DNA from: Candidatus Sericytochromatia bacterium
GTDB lineage: Bacteria; Cyanobacteriota; Sericytochromatia; S15B-MN24; UBA4093
Reading direction: 5' to 3'
NCBI GenBank assembly: GCA_036676495.1
Contig: JAKFCT010000047.1
Location: 32,001-96,000 of the forward strand
Length of the DNA stretch: 64,000 bases
Shown: positions 10,032-18,833 of the stretch, one piece after another
How the letters are laid out: each line of letters starts with the position of its first letter
How positions within the stretch are numbered: position 1 is the first letter of the stretch
Program-made: the position numbers and the translations under genes
Notes under the pieces: generated by a model
The model's input: only the letters and a program-made list of their open reading frames with translations
Database searches by the model: none
What the model was told of the DNA's origin: nothing

Positions 10032-10998
10032 GGCGGGCTCCCTTCCAGACCTTGCCCAGGAAGTGATTGATCGGGGCGGCCGTCGCGTCGGGCATCTCGG
10101 CGTGGGGGTAGTGGCCGGCCTCCGGGATGATCTGAAGTTCGCCATCCAGCGAGGCAGCGATCCGGCGGCCTTCTCCCGCGGGATCGGGGAAATCGGGGTC
10201 CTTGGAGCCCATCACGACGAGCACCGGGGTCTTGACCTGGGAGAGGCGGGCCTCGGAAGCGGCCTTCGAGGAGGAAACCATCTCACGGAAGGCCTTCAGG
10301 CGACCGGGCTCCGCGAGATTGTCGCGCAGGGCAGCCTGGTAGGCATCAAAGTCCTCGGGCTTGGAGGTCGGGTAGAGGGAGGCGTAGAAATTAGCCCAAA
10401 GGGACGGGCCCCAGGGGTTGAAGAAGGGCAAGCTCATGAGGCGCGCCTTCCAGAGGGGGCCGTGGTCGCGGACGAAGGCCCCGACGAGCACGAGTCCCTT
10501 GACGGCTTCCGGGTCCTCGGCCGCGGCCCAGACGGCGGCTCCAGCCGCGAGCGACGTGCCGACCACGGTGACGGGGCCGGCATTCAGGTGGCGAGCCAGC
10601 GCGACGATGTCCGCGCCGACGCCGACCACGGAGTAATCGGGCCAGGAGACGCTGGACTCGCCCATGCCGCGCAGGTCCATGGTGACCACGCGGTAGCCCG
10701 AGGCGACGAGCTTGGGAGCGAGCAGGCGGTATTCCTGGCGGCGATCGCCCAGGCTGGGGACGCAGAGGACGACGGGGCCCGAGCCCTGGGAGTCGTAGGC
10801 GATCCGGCCCTCGGGGCGGTTCAAGAACTGGGTGGTCATGGCGTGCTCCTTCACGGACGCGTCGGGCGAAGCGGCCGCCGTGGCTTCCAGCGATCCCGCC
10901 AGAAACGGGGACGCTCCCAGGGCGGTGGCGAGTGCCAGCCGGGTCCAGCGGCCGAGGAGCGGAAACCGGAGCGGCTTGCGGGCGAGACTCATGGACAT
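10021..10998 (-). CDS. Alpha/beta hydrolase with possible N-terminal signal peptide
   Basis: DLRGMGES, GTSLA nucleophile elbow, GHYPHAE. Alternative start at 10839. Confidence 0.88.
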   Translation of the reverse strand: MSMSLARKPLRFPLLGRWTRLALATALGASPFLAGSLEATAAASPDASVKEHAMTTQFLNRPEGRIAYDSQGSGPVVLCVPSLGDRRQEYRLLAPKLVASGYRVVTMDLRGMGESSVSWPDYSVVGVGADIVALARHLNAGPVTVVGTSLAAGAAVWAAAEDPEAVKGLVLVGAFVRDHGPLWKARLMSLPFFNPWGPSLWANFYASLYPTSKPEDFDAYQAALRDNLAEPGRLKAFREMVSSSKAASEARLSQVKTPVLVVMGSKDPDFPDPAGEGRRIAASLDGELQIIPEAGHYPHAEMPDATAAPINHFLGKVWKGARHGS

Positions 10999-11028
10999 GG
11001 CGATCCTCCAGGGCTTCAGCAGGGTTTA

Positions 11029-11069
11029 GCTAACACAATTAGCTTAAAGCTAATTGTGTTAGCCGTCAA
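11029..11069 (-). promoter_or_regulatory. Perfect 35-bp palindrome (two GCTAA-N5-TTAGC operators) overlapping a sigma70-like promoter; probable TetR operator
   Basis: gctaacacaattagct-taa-agctaattgtgttagc at 11029-11063. Minus strand reads TTGACG-17nt-TAAGCT, upstream of the hydrolase-tetR pair. Confidence 0.85.
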
Positions 11070-11110
11070 GCATGTTTTTCGGCCCCTGAGGGTGCCAGAT
11101 GCCTGAGGGC

Positions 11111-12121
11111 CTAGGCCTCGGGCATGGTGACGATCACCTTCCCCTTGGCGTGTCCCTCCTCGAGGTAGCGGAGGGCCGCGTCGATCTCGTCGAACGGAAA
11201 GACCCGATCGATCACCACCTCCAGCTTGCCCTGGTCGATGAGGTTGGCCAGCTCGGCCAGCTCCCCGCCGCTCGCGTGCATGAACTTGTAGCGGTAGCGC
11301 ACCCCGCGCGCCCGCGCCTGCATCCGCGACTTGAGGCTGGTCAGCCAGAAAAGCAGCTCCATGGCCTTCCCGGCCCGAAGATCCTTGCGGGCGGTTTCCG
11401 GCTCGGGCGGGCCGGCGATCGAGACGACCAGGCCTCCGGGCTTCACCACGTCGAAGCATGCCGACAGCGTGTCTCCGCCTATCAGATCCAGCGCTCCGTC
11501 CTGGTCATTCAGCACGTCCTGAAAACGCTCCCGGGTGTAATCGATGACGCGATCGGCCCCCAGGCGGCGGACGAGCTCCTCGCCCCGCGGAGAGGCCGTC
11601 GTGGTGACATGCGCACCGAGCCACTTGGCGAGCTGGATGGCGAACGTCCCCACCCCTCCGGCTCCCCCGGCGATGAAGAGGCGCGTCCCGCGCCCCGCCT
11701 GCAATTCGTCGCGGACGCATTGCAATGCCGTGAGTCCCGCGAGCGGAACGCCGGCGGCGGTCGGGAAATCGAGGGTCGCGGGCATCCGGGCGACCAAGCT
11801 CTCGTCGATGCAGACGTACTCGGCAAAGGCGCCGTAGGCCTTTTTGGCCACGCGCGCGAAGACCCGGTCCCCCACGCTGAAGCGGGTCACCCCATCACCG
11901 ACCGACTCGACGACGCCCGAGAACTCGTTTCCCATGATGAGGGGCAGCTCCAAGTGCTGGATGGCTCTCAATTGCCCTCGCCGGACCTTGTAGTCCAGCG
12001 GGTTGAGCCCCGCGGCATGCACCCGAACCCGGATCTCGCGGGGCCGAGGCTCGGGAAGCGGCATCTCTCGGAACTCGGATCGCTCCGGCCCGCCGTACTG
12101 GGTAAAGACAAAGGCGCGCAT
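11111..12121 (-). CDS. NADP-dependent oxidoreductase (MDR/quinone reductase-like)
   Basis: AAGLNPLDYK, GGAGGVGTFAIQLAK, GHAKGKVIV. Confidence 0.92.
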   Translation of the reverse strand: MRAFVFTQYGGPERSEFREMPLPEPRPREIRVRVHAAGLNPLDYKVRRGQLRAIQHLELPLIMGNEFSGVVESVGDGVTRFSVGDRVFARVAKKAYGAFAEYVCIDESLVARMPATLDFPTAAGVPLAGLTALQCVRDELQAGRGTRLFIAGGAGGVGTFAIQLAKWLGAHVTTTASPRGEELVRRLGADRVIDYTRERFQDVLNDQDGALDLIGGDTLSACFDVVKPGGLVVSIAGPPEPETARKDLRAGKAMELLFWLTSLKSRMQARARGVRYRYKFMHASGGELAELANLIDQGKLEVVIDRVFPFDEIDAALRYLEEGHAKGKVIVTMPEA

Positions 12122-12247
12122 GGTTCCCCTTTCGTCTCGGCTCTACGCCGGGCTCCCGGTCTCCGGGCTTCCCGGCTCTCTCGTCACGCCATCGTACTGG
12201 CTGACGTTCCCTCGGTCCAGGGACGAGACTGACGTCGGGGGGACGCG

Positions 12248-12883
12248 CTAGGAGACGCCCCCCGCCCGTCCCGCACAGGAAGCCGATCCCAGCCATGTAT
12301 GGGGGTTTCCCGCCCAGCACCAGCCGAGTTTCGGACGGCGATCGCTGATCCACAGGGCGGGAACGCGGCGATCGCCGGAGCGGGAGCCGACCAGCGAGAA
12401 GCAATGGTTCTTCTTCAGGGCCTCGGGGTGATGGGTGAGCAGGGCGATCCCTTCCTCCACGGTCAAGGGCGTGCGCTGCCGGGAGCGGATCGCGACCAGC
12501 GCGTCGTCCGGCGTGACGTTGCGAAACTCCGAGCCGGTCTCCAGGCCGAAGACCAGGTAGGCGGCGCCGGCGGGCACCCCCAGCTCGTCGAGCGGCTTGA
12601 AGGTCTCGAGCCCGCCCGGACGGAAGTCGATGAACCCCGCGCGGTCTTTCAACTGGGTGATCGCCATCGCCGGCTCCAGCGGCACCCAGTCCTGCGGGAT
12701 GACGATGACGAACGGGAAGCCCCCGTCATCGGCCGGCCAAACGAGCCCTTCGAGGGCTTGCCTGAGGGGCTCGAGCCGCGACGCGAAGGCCTCGGCGGTC
12801 ATCCCGGCGATCGCCGGGTAACCTTTCTGGATCAGCGTTTGAACTTGCCGGTCGAATTCTTCCATGGGCGTGGGCGCGCGCAT
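12248..12883 (-). CDS. DUF5701-like hypothetical protein
   Basis: RTPLTVEEGIA, GSRSGDRRVPALWIS, PKLGWCWAGNPHTWLGSASC. AGGAGG RBS. Confidence 0.75.
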   Translation of the reverse strand: MRAPTPMEEFDRQVQTLIQKGYPAIAGMTAEAFASRLEPLRQALEGLVWPADDGGFPFVIVIPQDWVPLEPAMAITQLKDRAGFIDFRPGGLETFKPLDELGVPAGAAYLVFGLETGSEFRNVTPDDALVAIRSRQRTPLTVEEGIALLTHHPEALKKNHCFSLVGSRSGDRRVPALWISDRRPKLGWCWAGNPHTWLGSASCAGRAGGVS

Positions 12884-13056
12884 CGGGCCTCCTGACGGAT
12901 CGACGGAACGGGCTGAACCTCTCCTATACCCGCCCGCGCCCAAGCGCGATCGGCGATCGGCCCGAAAGGGCGCCTTGACAAGCTCCTTCCCCGATCTCTA
13001 AGGTGGAGCGAATGATGAGACGACCCGGTCTCGCGTCCGCCGAAAGCAGGTAGGCC

Positions 13057-14055
13057 ATGATCCCCGTTTCCATTCTCGATCTCGCCCCCGTCGTCGAAGG
13101 CGGCACCGTCGCCCAGTCGCTGCACCACTCGCTCGACCTGGCGCAGCACGCCGAACGCTGGGGCTATCACCGCTACTGGGTGGCCGAGCACCACAACTTC
13201 CCGGGAGTCGCGAGCGCGGCCACCGCGCTCGTGATCGGCTACCTCGCCGGAGGCACCTCGACCCTGCGCGTCGGGGCCGGCGGCATCATGCTGCCCAACC
13301 ACGCGCCGCTGGTGGTCGCCGAGCAGTTCGGCACGCTGGAGTCCCTTTACCCCGGCCGGATCGACCTCGGTCTGGGCCGCGCGCCCGGCACGGATCAGCT
13401 CACGGCCCACGCCCTGCGCCGCACCCTCCGCGGCAGCTCCGACGACTTCCCGCAGGACGTCCTCGAGCTTCAGGGCTACTTCCGCCCCGCGGTCCCCGGC
13501 CAGCGGGTCCAGGCCGTCCCGGGAGCCGGCACCCAGGTTCCCATCTGGCTGCTGGGCTCGAGCCTGTTCAGTGCGCGCCTGGCGGCCCACCTCGGCCTGC
13601 CCTACGCGTTCGCCTCGCACTTCGCCCCGGATTTCCTCCTGGCTGCGCTTCAGCTCTACCGCGCCGAGTTCCGGCCCTCCGAAACCCTGAGCAAGCCCCA
13701 TACGATGGTGGCGGTCAACGTCTTCACGGCCGATACCGACGCCGAGGCCTGGCGGATCTCCACCTCGGTCCAGCAGATGTTCGCGGCGCTGCGCCACGGC
13801 CGTCCCGGCCTACTGCAGCCTCCCCTCGACGGGCCGATCGTGCCCCTTGAGGAGCGGGCGGAAGCCCTCGCCAACGGGCCGCTCGCCGTCTCGGTCATCG
13901 GGACCGCGGAGACGGTTCGTTCCGGCCTGGAGGCCCTGATCGCGCGCACCGGCGCCGACGAGCTCATCGTGGCCGCCCAGATCTTCGATCATCAGGCCCG
14001 CCTGCGCTCGCATGAGATCGTCGCGCAGGTCATGCAGGCCTCCACCCCCGTCTAG
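13057..14055 (+). CDS. LLM-class (luciferase-like) flavin monooxygenase, YhbW-like
   Basis: [48 protein letters not shown]. Confidence 0.93.
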   Translation: MIPVSILDLAPVVEGGTVAQSLHHSLDLAQHAERWGYHRYWVAEHHNFPGVASAATALVIGYLAGGTSTLRVGAGGIMLPNHAPLVVAEQFGTLESLYPGRIDLGLGRAPGTDQLTAHALRRTLRGSSDDFPQDVLELQGYFRPAVPGQRVQAVPGAGTQVPIWLLGSSLFSARLAAHLGLPYAFASHFAPDFLLAALQLYRAEFRPSETLSKPHTMVAVNVFTADTDAEAWRISTSVQQMFAALRHGRPGLLQPPLDGPIVPLEERAEALANGPLAVSVIGTAETVRSGLEALIARTGADELIVAAQIFDHQARLRSHEIVAQVMQASTPV

Positions 14056-14102
14056 CGGGAGCGCCCGCGCGCTAGCGCCTGCGGCTAGAGTTTGGAATGC
14101 GG

Positions 14103-15248
14103 CTAGGGTTGGGAGAGCGGCGCGTCGGAGCTCGGCGCGGCCGGGGCCGTCGGGTACGCGACGCACGGGATGCGCCGTTGAATCGCCTCGAACTCGGCTT
14201 CCTGCTCGGGCGTCACCAGCATGATCGTCTTGCCGACGTTGCCGTTCCGCGCCGTCCGGCCGCTCCGGTGGATGTAGGTGTCGACCACGGCCGGCAGGGA
14301 GTAATGGAAGACGTGGCTGAGCCCCTCGATATCGAGGCCGCGCGCCGCCAGATCGGTGGCCACGAGCAGGGTCACCTCCCCGTTGCGGAAGCGCGCGAGC
14401 ACCTTGTTGCGATCCACCTGCGGCATGTTGCCGTTGAGGAAGGCGACCTTGAAATCGCCCTTCTGCGTGAGCCATTGCGCGAGGTGCTCGGTCTCATGCT
14501 TCATCTCCGTGAAGAGGATGGCGCGCTCGGGCTTCTCGGCCCGCAGCAGGGAGACCAGGCGAGCGAAACGCTTCTTTCGGGGAACGCGCAGGTACCAGTG
14601 ACTGAGCTCGGCGGGAGCCTCCTCAGGGCCTGCGAGCGTCACCCGGACAGGGTTCGTCATCTGCTTGCGCACGAGCCGGGTGACCTCCGGAGACATGGTC
14701 GCCGAGAGGAGCAGCGTTTGCTCGCGCCTCCCGGTCTCGTGGAGCAGGAAGTCCATGTCCTTGCGAAAGCCCATGTCGACCATGCGATCGGCCTCGTCGA
14801 GCACCAGGATGCGGATGCCGCTCAGGTCGAGGCTGTCGCGCTCGGCCAGGTCCTTGAGGCGTCCCGGCGTTCCCACGATGAGGTCCTGGCCGCCTTGAAC
14901 GGCCTTGCGCTGCTGGCGCAGGCTCATGCCTCCGTAGAGGGCGACGACGCGCAGGCCGCAGGCTTCGCCGGCCTTGGCGATCGCCTCGCTGATCTGCACC
15001 GCCAGCTCGCGCGTCGGGACCACCACCATGGCCTGGGGCCGGGGGCCCGGCTTCAGCAGGGAGAGCAGGGGCAAGCCGTAGGCCAGGGTCTTGCCCGAGC
15101 CCGTCTTGGCCTGGATGATGGCATCGCGGCGAGCCAGGATGTGCGGGATCGCCTCCCGCTGCACCGGGGTCGGCTCGGTGAAGCCCATGGCCGCGAGGCC
15201 CTCGAGGACGGCCGGCCGGAGCGCATGGGGTTCGAAGTGGAAAGTCAA
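14103..15248 (-). CDS. DEAD-box RNA helicase
   Basis: Q motif GFTEPTPVQ, AKTGSGKT, PTRELA, DEAD, SAT, ARGLD, HRSGRTAR. TTG start after AAAGGA. Confidence 0.93.
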   Translation of the reverse strand: MTFHFEPHALRPAVLEGLAAMGFTEPTPVQREAIPHILARRDAIIQAKTGSGKTLAYGLPLLSLLKPGPRPQAMVVVPTRELAVQISEAIAKAGEACGLRVVALYGGMSLRQQRKAVQGGQDLIVGTPGRLKDLAERDSLDLSGIRILVLDEADRMVDMGFRKDMDFLLHETGRREQTLLLSATMSPEVTRLVRKQMTNPVRVTLAGPEEAPAELSHWYLRVPRKKRFARLVSLLRAEKPERAILFTEMKHETEHLAQWLTQKGDFKVAFLNGNMPQVDRNKVLARFRNGEVTLLVATDLAARGLDIEGLSHVFHYSLPAVVDTYIHRSGRTARNGNVGKTIMLVTPEQEAEFEAIQRRIPCVAYPTAPAAPSSDAPLSQP

Positions 15249-15433
15249 CGAGGGTCCTTTCGATCGGCAAACGGGGCTTGGAAAAATGAACGGGGACGAA
15301 GCGCGCTTCGTCCCCTCCTCCGATTCAATCAGGTCGCGGGTGGCGGGGTCAAGCCCCGGCCCCACCCAACGCATCGGCGCACGAAAAGGAAGAGGGCCTG
15401 ATTGTAGCTTGGTTCTCAGAGGCGCAAACCCAG

Positions 15434-15982
15434 CTAGGCCAAGGTGCTGTAGAGCTTCACATCCCGGTAAGTCCCATGCTTGAACCAATAGCCCCTGAGG
15501 ATCCCTTCGAAGGCCAGCCCGACCTTTTGCAGCACCCGCTCTGAGGCCACATTCTCCACCATGCACTTGGCCTCGATGCGATGGAGCCCCATGTCCCGAA
15601 ACCCAAACTCGACGACGGCCTTGGCCGCTTCGGTCGCCAAGCCTTGCCCCCAATACCGACGAGACAACGAATAGCCGAACTCAGCGCGCGCATGCGCGTC
15701 ATCCCAAGCGTCGAAGCCCGTAGCCCCGATGAGCTGCTGCGTCTCCTTCAAGACGATCGCCCAAGGCACGGGCAGATTCATGCGAGCCTTCTCGATCAAG
15801 GCCTCGATGAGAGCCCTGGAATCCTCCGGTGCCTCCGGGGAGGACCATGTCGTGAACTGCGAAACCATGGGATCGGAGGCATAGTCGAAGACGTCCGGGA
15901 CGTCCTCCCGCAGGAAGGGGCGGAGCATCAGACGGGGCGTCTCGAGTCTGGGTAGCGCCGTGAAAATCAAGGATCTAGGCAT
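15434..15982 (-). CDS. GNAT acetyltransferase, RimJ/RimL family
   Basis: LETPRLMLR, AEFGYSL...YWGQGLATEA, NVASERVLQKVG. Confidence 0.9.
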   Translation of the reverse strand: MPRSLIFTALPRLETPRLMLRPFLREDVPDVFDYASDPMVSQFTTWSSPEAPEDSRALIEALIEKARMNLPVPWAIVLKETQQLIGATGFDAWDDAHARAEFGYSLSRRYWGQGLATEAAKAVVEFGFRDMGLHRIEAKCMVENVASERVLQKVGLAFEGILRGYWFKHGTYRDVKLYSTLA

Positions 15983-16057
15983 TCAGAGGCCCCGTCGATT
16001 CATCGTCCCTCCTTGGGAAGTCCTGGCCGTGTGACAGCCAGGCAAGGCTGCAACGGA

Positions 16058-16405
16058 TCACTTCAGCTTGACGATGGCGCTTTCCAGCGTATCGGCGAAG
16101 ATCACCTGGCCCCGCTGGTTGCTCTCGACGATGAAGTCCCGGAGGCTCCGGCTCTCCACCTCCGTGAAGTCCCCCAGGATGATCAGCCGCATGCGGTAGT
16201 TGGAGACTTTCTGAAGCATGTCGCCCGCGACCCCGGTCCGCAGGTCGAAGAAGGGCTCGTCCAGGTCAGCGGCATCGAGGGCCACCGTGTCGCTCGGGCC
16301 GTTCATCAGGACCTCGAGCAGGTCAGAGCCCGTCCGAAGCGGAGCAGGGAGTTCCGCGATCCGGGAGATGTCGCCCTTCGGACTCGCCACGAGCGTTGCC
16401 TTCAT
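16058..16405 (-). CDS. DUF4180-family protein
   Basis: FFDLRTGVAGDMLQKVSNY, SLRDFIVESNQRG. AAGGAG RBS. Confidence 0.85.
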   Translation of the reverse strand: MKATLVASPKGDISRIAELPAPLRTGSDLLEVLMNGPSDTVALDAADLDEPFFDLRTGVAGDMLQKVSNYRMRLIILGDFTEVESRSLRDFIVESNQRGQVIFADTLESAIVKLK

Positions 16406-16450
16406 GCAGTCTCCTTCGATTCGAGGCGGAGTCGCTCCGCCCTGGCCGTC

Positions 16451-16951
16451 CTAGCCCCGCGAGAGTTGCCGGGAGCGCTTCTCGGACAGGTAGGTCTGCA
16501 GGATGAGCAGCGCGGCCCCGACGTTCACGGCAATATCGGCGACGTTGAAGATGGGGAAGATGTTCTGCCCCTGCCAGCGGAGGTCGAACATGTCCCGCAC
16601 GTAGCCCAGCATCAGGCGATCCACCGCGTTACCCAGCGCTCCGCCAAGAAAGAGCCCCATGGCGAGGATGAGGAGCAAGTCCTTGGGTTTGGTCTTTCCC
16701 TGGTAGACCATCACGCCGATGGCCACCAGGATCGCCAGAAGCCCCAGTTTCTCGGGGTGCCCGGAGAATAAACTGAAGGCGGCCCCCGTGTTCTGAACGT
16801 ACGTGAGGTTCAAGACGCCATCCAGGAGCGGCTGGGAATGGCCCAGGGCAAGGGCCGCCACGATGCCAACCTTGGTCAATTGGTCCAAGAGCAAGGCAAC
16901 GGCCGCCGTCAGGTAGAAGGTAAGGGTTTCGTACGGGGTCTTCTTGATCAC
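16451..16951 (-). CDS. lspA: Lipoprotein signal peptidase II
   Basis: DQLTK, NTGAAFS, GGALGNAVDR, FNVAD motifs. GTG start after AGGAGGAG. Confidence 0.95.
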   Translation of the reverse strand: MIKKTPYETLTFYLTAAVALLLDQLTKVGIVAALALGHSQPLLDGVLNLTYVQNTGAAFSLFSGHPEKLGLLAILVAIGVMVYQGKTKPKDLLLILAMGLFLGGALGNAVDRLMLGYVRDMFDLRWQGQNIFPIFNVADIAVNVGAALLILQTYLSEKRSRQLSRG

Positions 16952-17126
16952 GGCTCCTCCTGCGTTCTCATCATGGCCGACCACTCGATTCTGTATACCC
17001 CAGCGAGGCTCCGGCCGCTCTGCGGGAAGTCGCGCTCCCATGTGAGCATTCGAAAACGCGCCAGCCGGGTATAGTCCCGGAGTCAACGCCCGAAGCCCTT
17101 GCCCAGAAACGGTAGAACCCGCCCGA

Positions 17127-17885
17127 ATGCCCGGTTACGAAGTCTTGCTCTACGGCCTGCCGCTCGCGTTCCTGGCCGGCTTCGTGGACGCCATCGCCGG
17201 TGGCGGCGGCGTGATCACCCTACCCACCTTGCTGATGATGGGCCTCTCGCCGGGACAGGCGGTCGCCACGAACAAGCTGCTCGCGATCTTCGGGTCGACG
17301 ACCAGCGCCGCCGCGTTCTGGCGCAAGGGCGCGGTCGATAAGCCCCTGCTCGCCCGCATCGTGCCCCTGGCACTGCTGGGAAGTGCGCTGGGCGCCCTGC
17401 TCGTCAGCCACCTGAAGGACGCGGAAGCGTTTCGCCTCTTCATCGCCGGGCTGATCCTGCTCGTCGGCACCCTGGTGATCGCGAACCGCTCGCTCGGCCT
17501 TGAGAACCGGTTTCCCGGCCTCACGCCGCGCACCCTGACGATCGGGCTGAGCGCGGCCTTCGTCATCGGGGTGTATGACGGGTTCATCGGGCCCGGCACG
17601 GGCACCTTCCTCATGTTCTGCTTCGTGAGCTTCCTGGGCTTCGACTTCGTGACCGGCAGCGGCAACGCCCGGGTCATCAACTTCGCGACCAACCTCGCGG
17701 CGGTCACGCTCTTCCTGTTCGCGGGCCAGATGATCTTCTGGCTTGGCTTGTCCATGGGGGTGGCCAATGCGCTCGGAGCCCAGCTTGGCGCCCGGATGGC
17801 CATGCTGCGCGGAAGCAAGTTCGTCAAGACGATCTACGTCATCATCGTGCTGGCGGTGGCCGTGCGGCTGGTGATCATGCGCTGA
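17127..17885 (+). CDS. TSUP (TauE/SafE) family transporter
   Basis: [33 protein letters not shown]. Confidence 0.9.
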   Translation: MPGYEVLLYGLPLAFLAGFVDAIAGGGGVITLPTLLMMGLSPGQAVATNKLLAIFGSTTSAAAFWRKGAVDKPLLARIVPLALLGSALGALLVSHLKDAEAFRLFIAGLILLVGTLVIANRSLGLENRFPGLTPRTLTIGLSAAFVIGVYDGFIGPGTGTFLMFCFVSFLGFDFVTGSGNARVINFATNLAAVTLFLFAGQMIFWLGLSMGVANALGAQLGARMAMLRGSKFVKTIYVIIVLAVAVRLVIMR

Positions 17886-17951
17886 GACGCCTCCCCGCGG
17901 GCATGTGCTAGAGTAGGGCCTCGGAACCCGCGTCGATGGAAGGACCGCTCC

Positions 17952-18536
17952 ATGCCTGAAGCCAAGAAGTTTCCCTACGGCGTCCATGCCTCCGTCCAGC
18001 ACATGGCGGCGATCGCCGCCAACCTGCCCGCGAAGACCGGCAAGCGTCTGGAGGACTGGATCCAGCTCATGGAGGAGGCGGGCCCGACGGGCACCAAGGC
18101 CCGCATGGAATGGCTCAAGGTCGAGCATGGGCTGGGCCGCGACACCGCCCTGTCGATCGTGGAGATTGCCGAGGGTCGCGGCAACCCCGACCCCGAAGCC
18201 CAGGTCGAGGCCATGTTCGCAGGCCCCAAGGCGGGACTTCGGCCCCTCTACGACGCCGTGCTCGAGTTCGCCCTCGCGCTCGGAGAGGACGCCAAGGCGA
18301 CGCCATGCTCGACCTACGTCCCCCTGCTACGCCGGAACACCTTCGCGATCGTCAAGCCCACCACCCGCACCCGGATTGACCTGGGCCTCGCCCTTCCCGG
18401 CGTCGAGCCGACCGAACGTCTCAGCGTCGCCAAGGGACTGGGCAGCGCCCGGATCACCCACCTCGTCGGCCTGTCGACCCTCGACGACTTCGACGACGCC
18501 GTAAAGGGTTGGCTGCGAACGGCCTACGAAGCCTAG
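17952..18536 (+). CDS. DUF4287/DUF5655-domain protein
   Basis: NLPAKTGKRLEDW, WLKVEHGLG, RIDLGL, WLRTAYE. Confidence 0.75.
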   Translation: MPEAKKFPYGVHASVQHMAAIAANLPAKTGKRLEDWIQLMEEAGPTGTKARMEWLKVEHGLGRDTALSIVEIAEGRGNPDPEAQVEAMFAGPKAGLRPLYDAVLEFALALGEDAKATPCSTYVPLLRRNTFAIVKPTTRTRIDLGLALPGVEPTERLSVAKGLGSARITHLVGLSTLDDFDDAVKGWLRTAYEA

Positions 18537-18543
18537 CGCCCGC

Positions 18544-18791
18544 GGCTGTTGCGAAAGGCAGCGCAGCTGTCCTGCAGCAACGAGAGGCTAGAAACAGTGG
18601 CTGTTGCGAAAGGCAGCGCAGCTGTCCTGCAGCAACGAGAGGCTAGAAACAGTGGCTGTTGCGAAAGGCAGCGCAGCTGTCCTGCAGCAACGAGAGGCTA
18701 GAAACAGCGGCGGTTGCGTAAGGCAGCGAGCGTTAACCGTGAACGGCATGAACAGGGGCAAAAATTCAAAGCTCGCCGACCTGTAGCAACG
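18544..18791. repeat. Tandem array of three near-identical 55-bp hairpin units plus a fourth expanded unit
   Basis: ggctgttgcgaaaggcagcgcagctgtcctgcagcaacgagaggctagaaacag(t/c) at 18544, 18599 and 18654; variant from 18709. Lies between convergent genes. Confidence 0.92.
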
Positions 18792-18833
18792 TTTTTCACT
18801 CTCACGAACGCGCCGCAACCTGGCATTCGGGGT

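Noticed and set aside
18544-18791. CRISPR array or integron attC interpretation of the 55-bp repeats
   Set aside because: Units abut with no unique spacers and no cas genes are present. The arms run GTT...AAC, the reverse of the attC RYYYAAC...GTTRRRY order.
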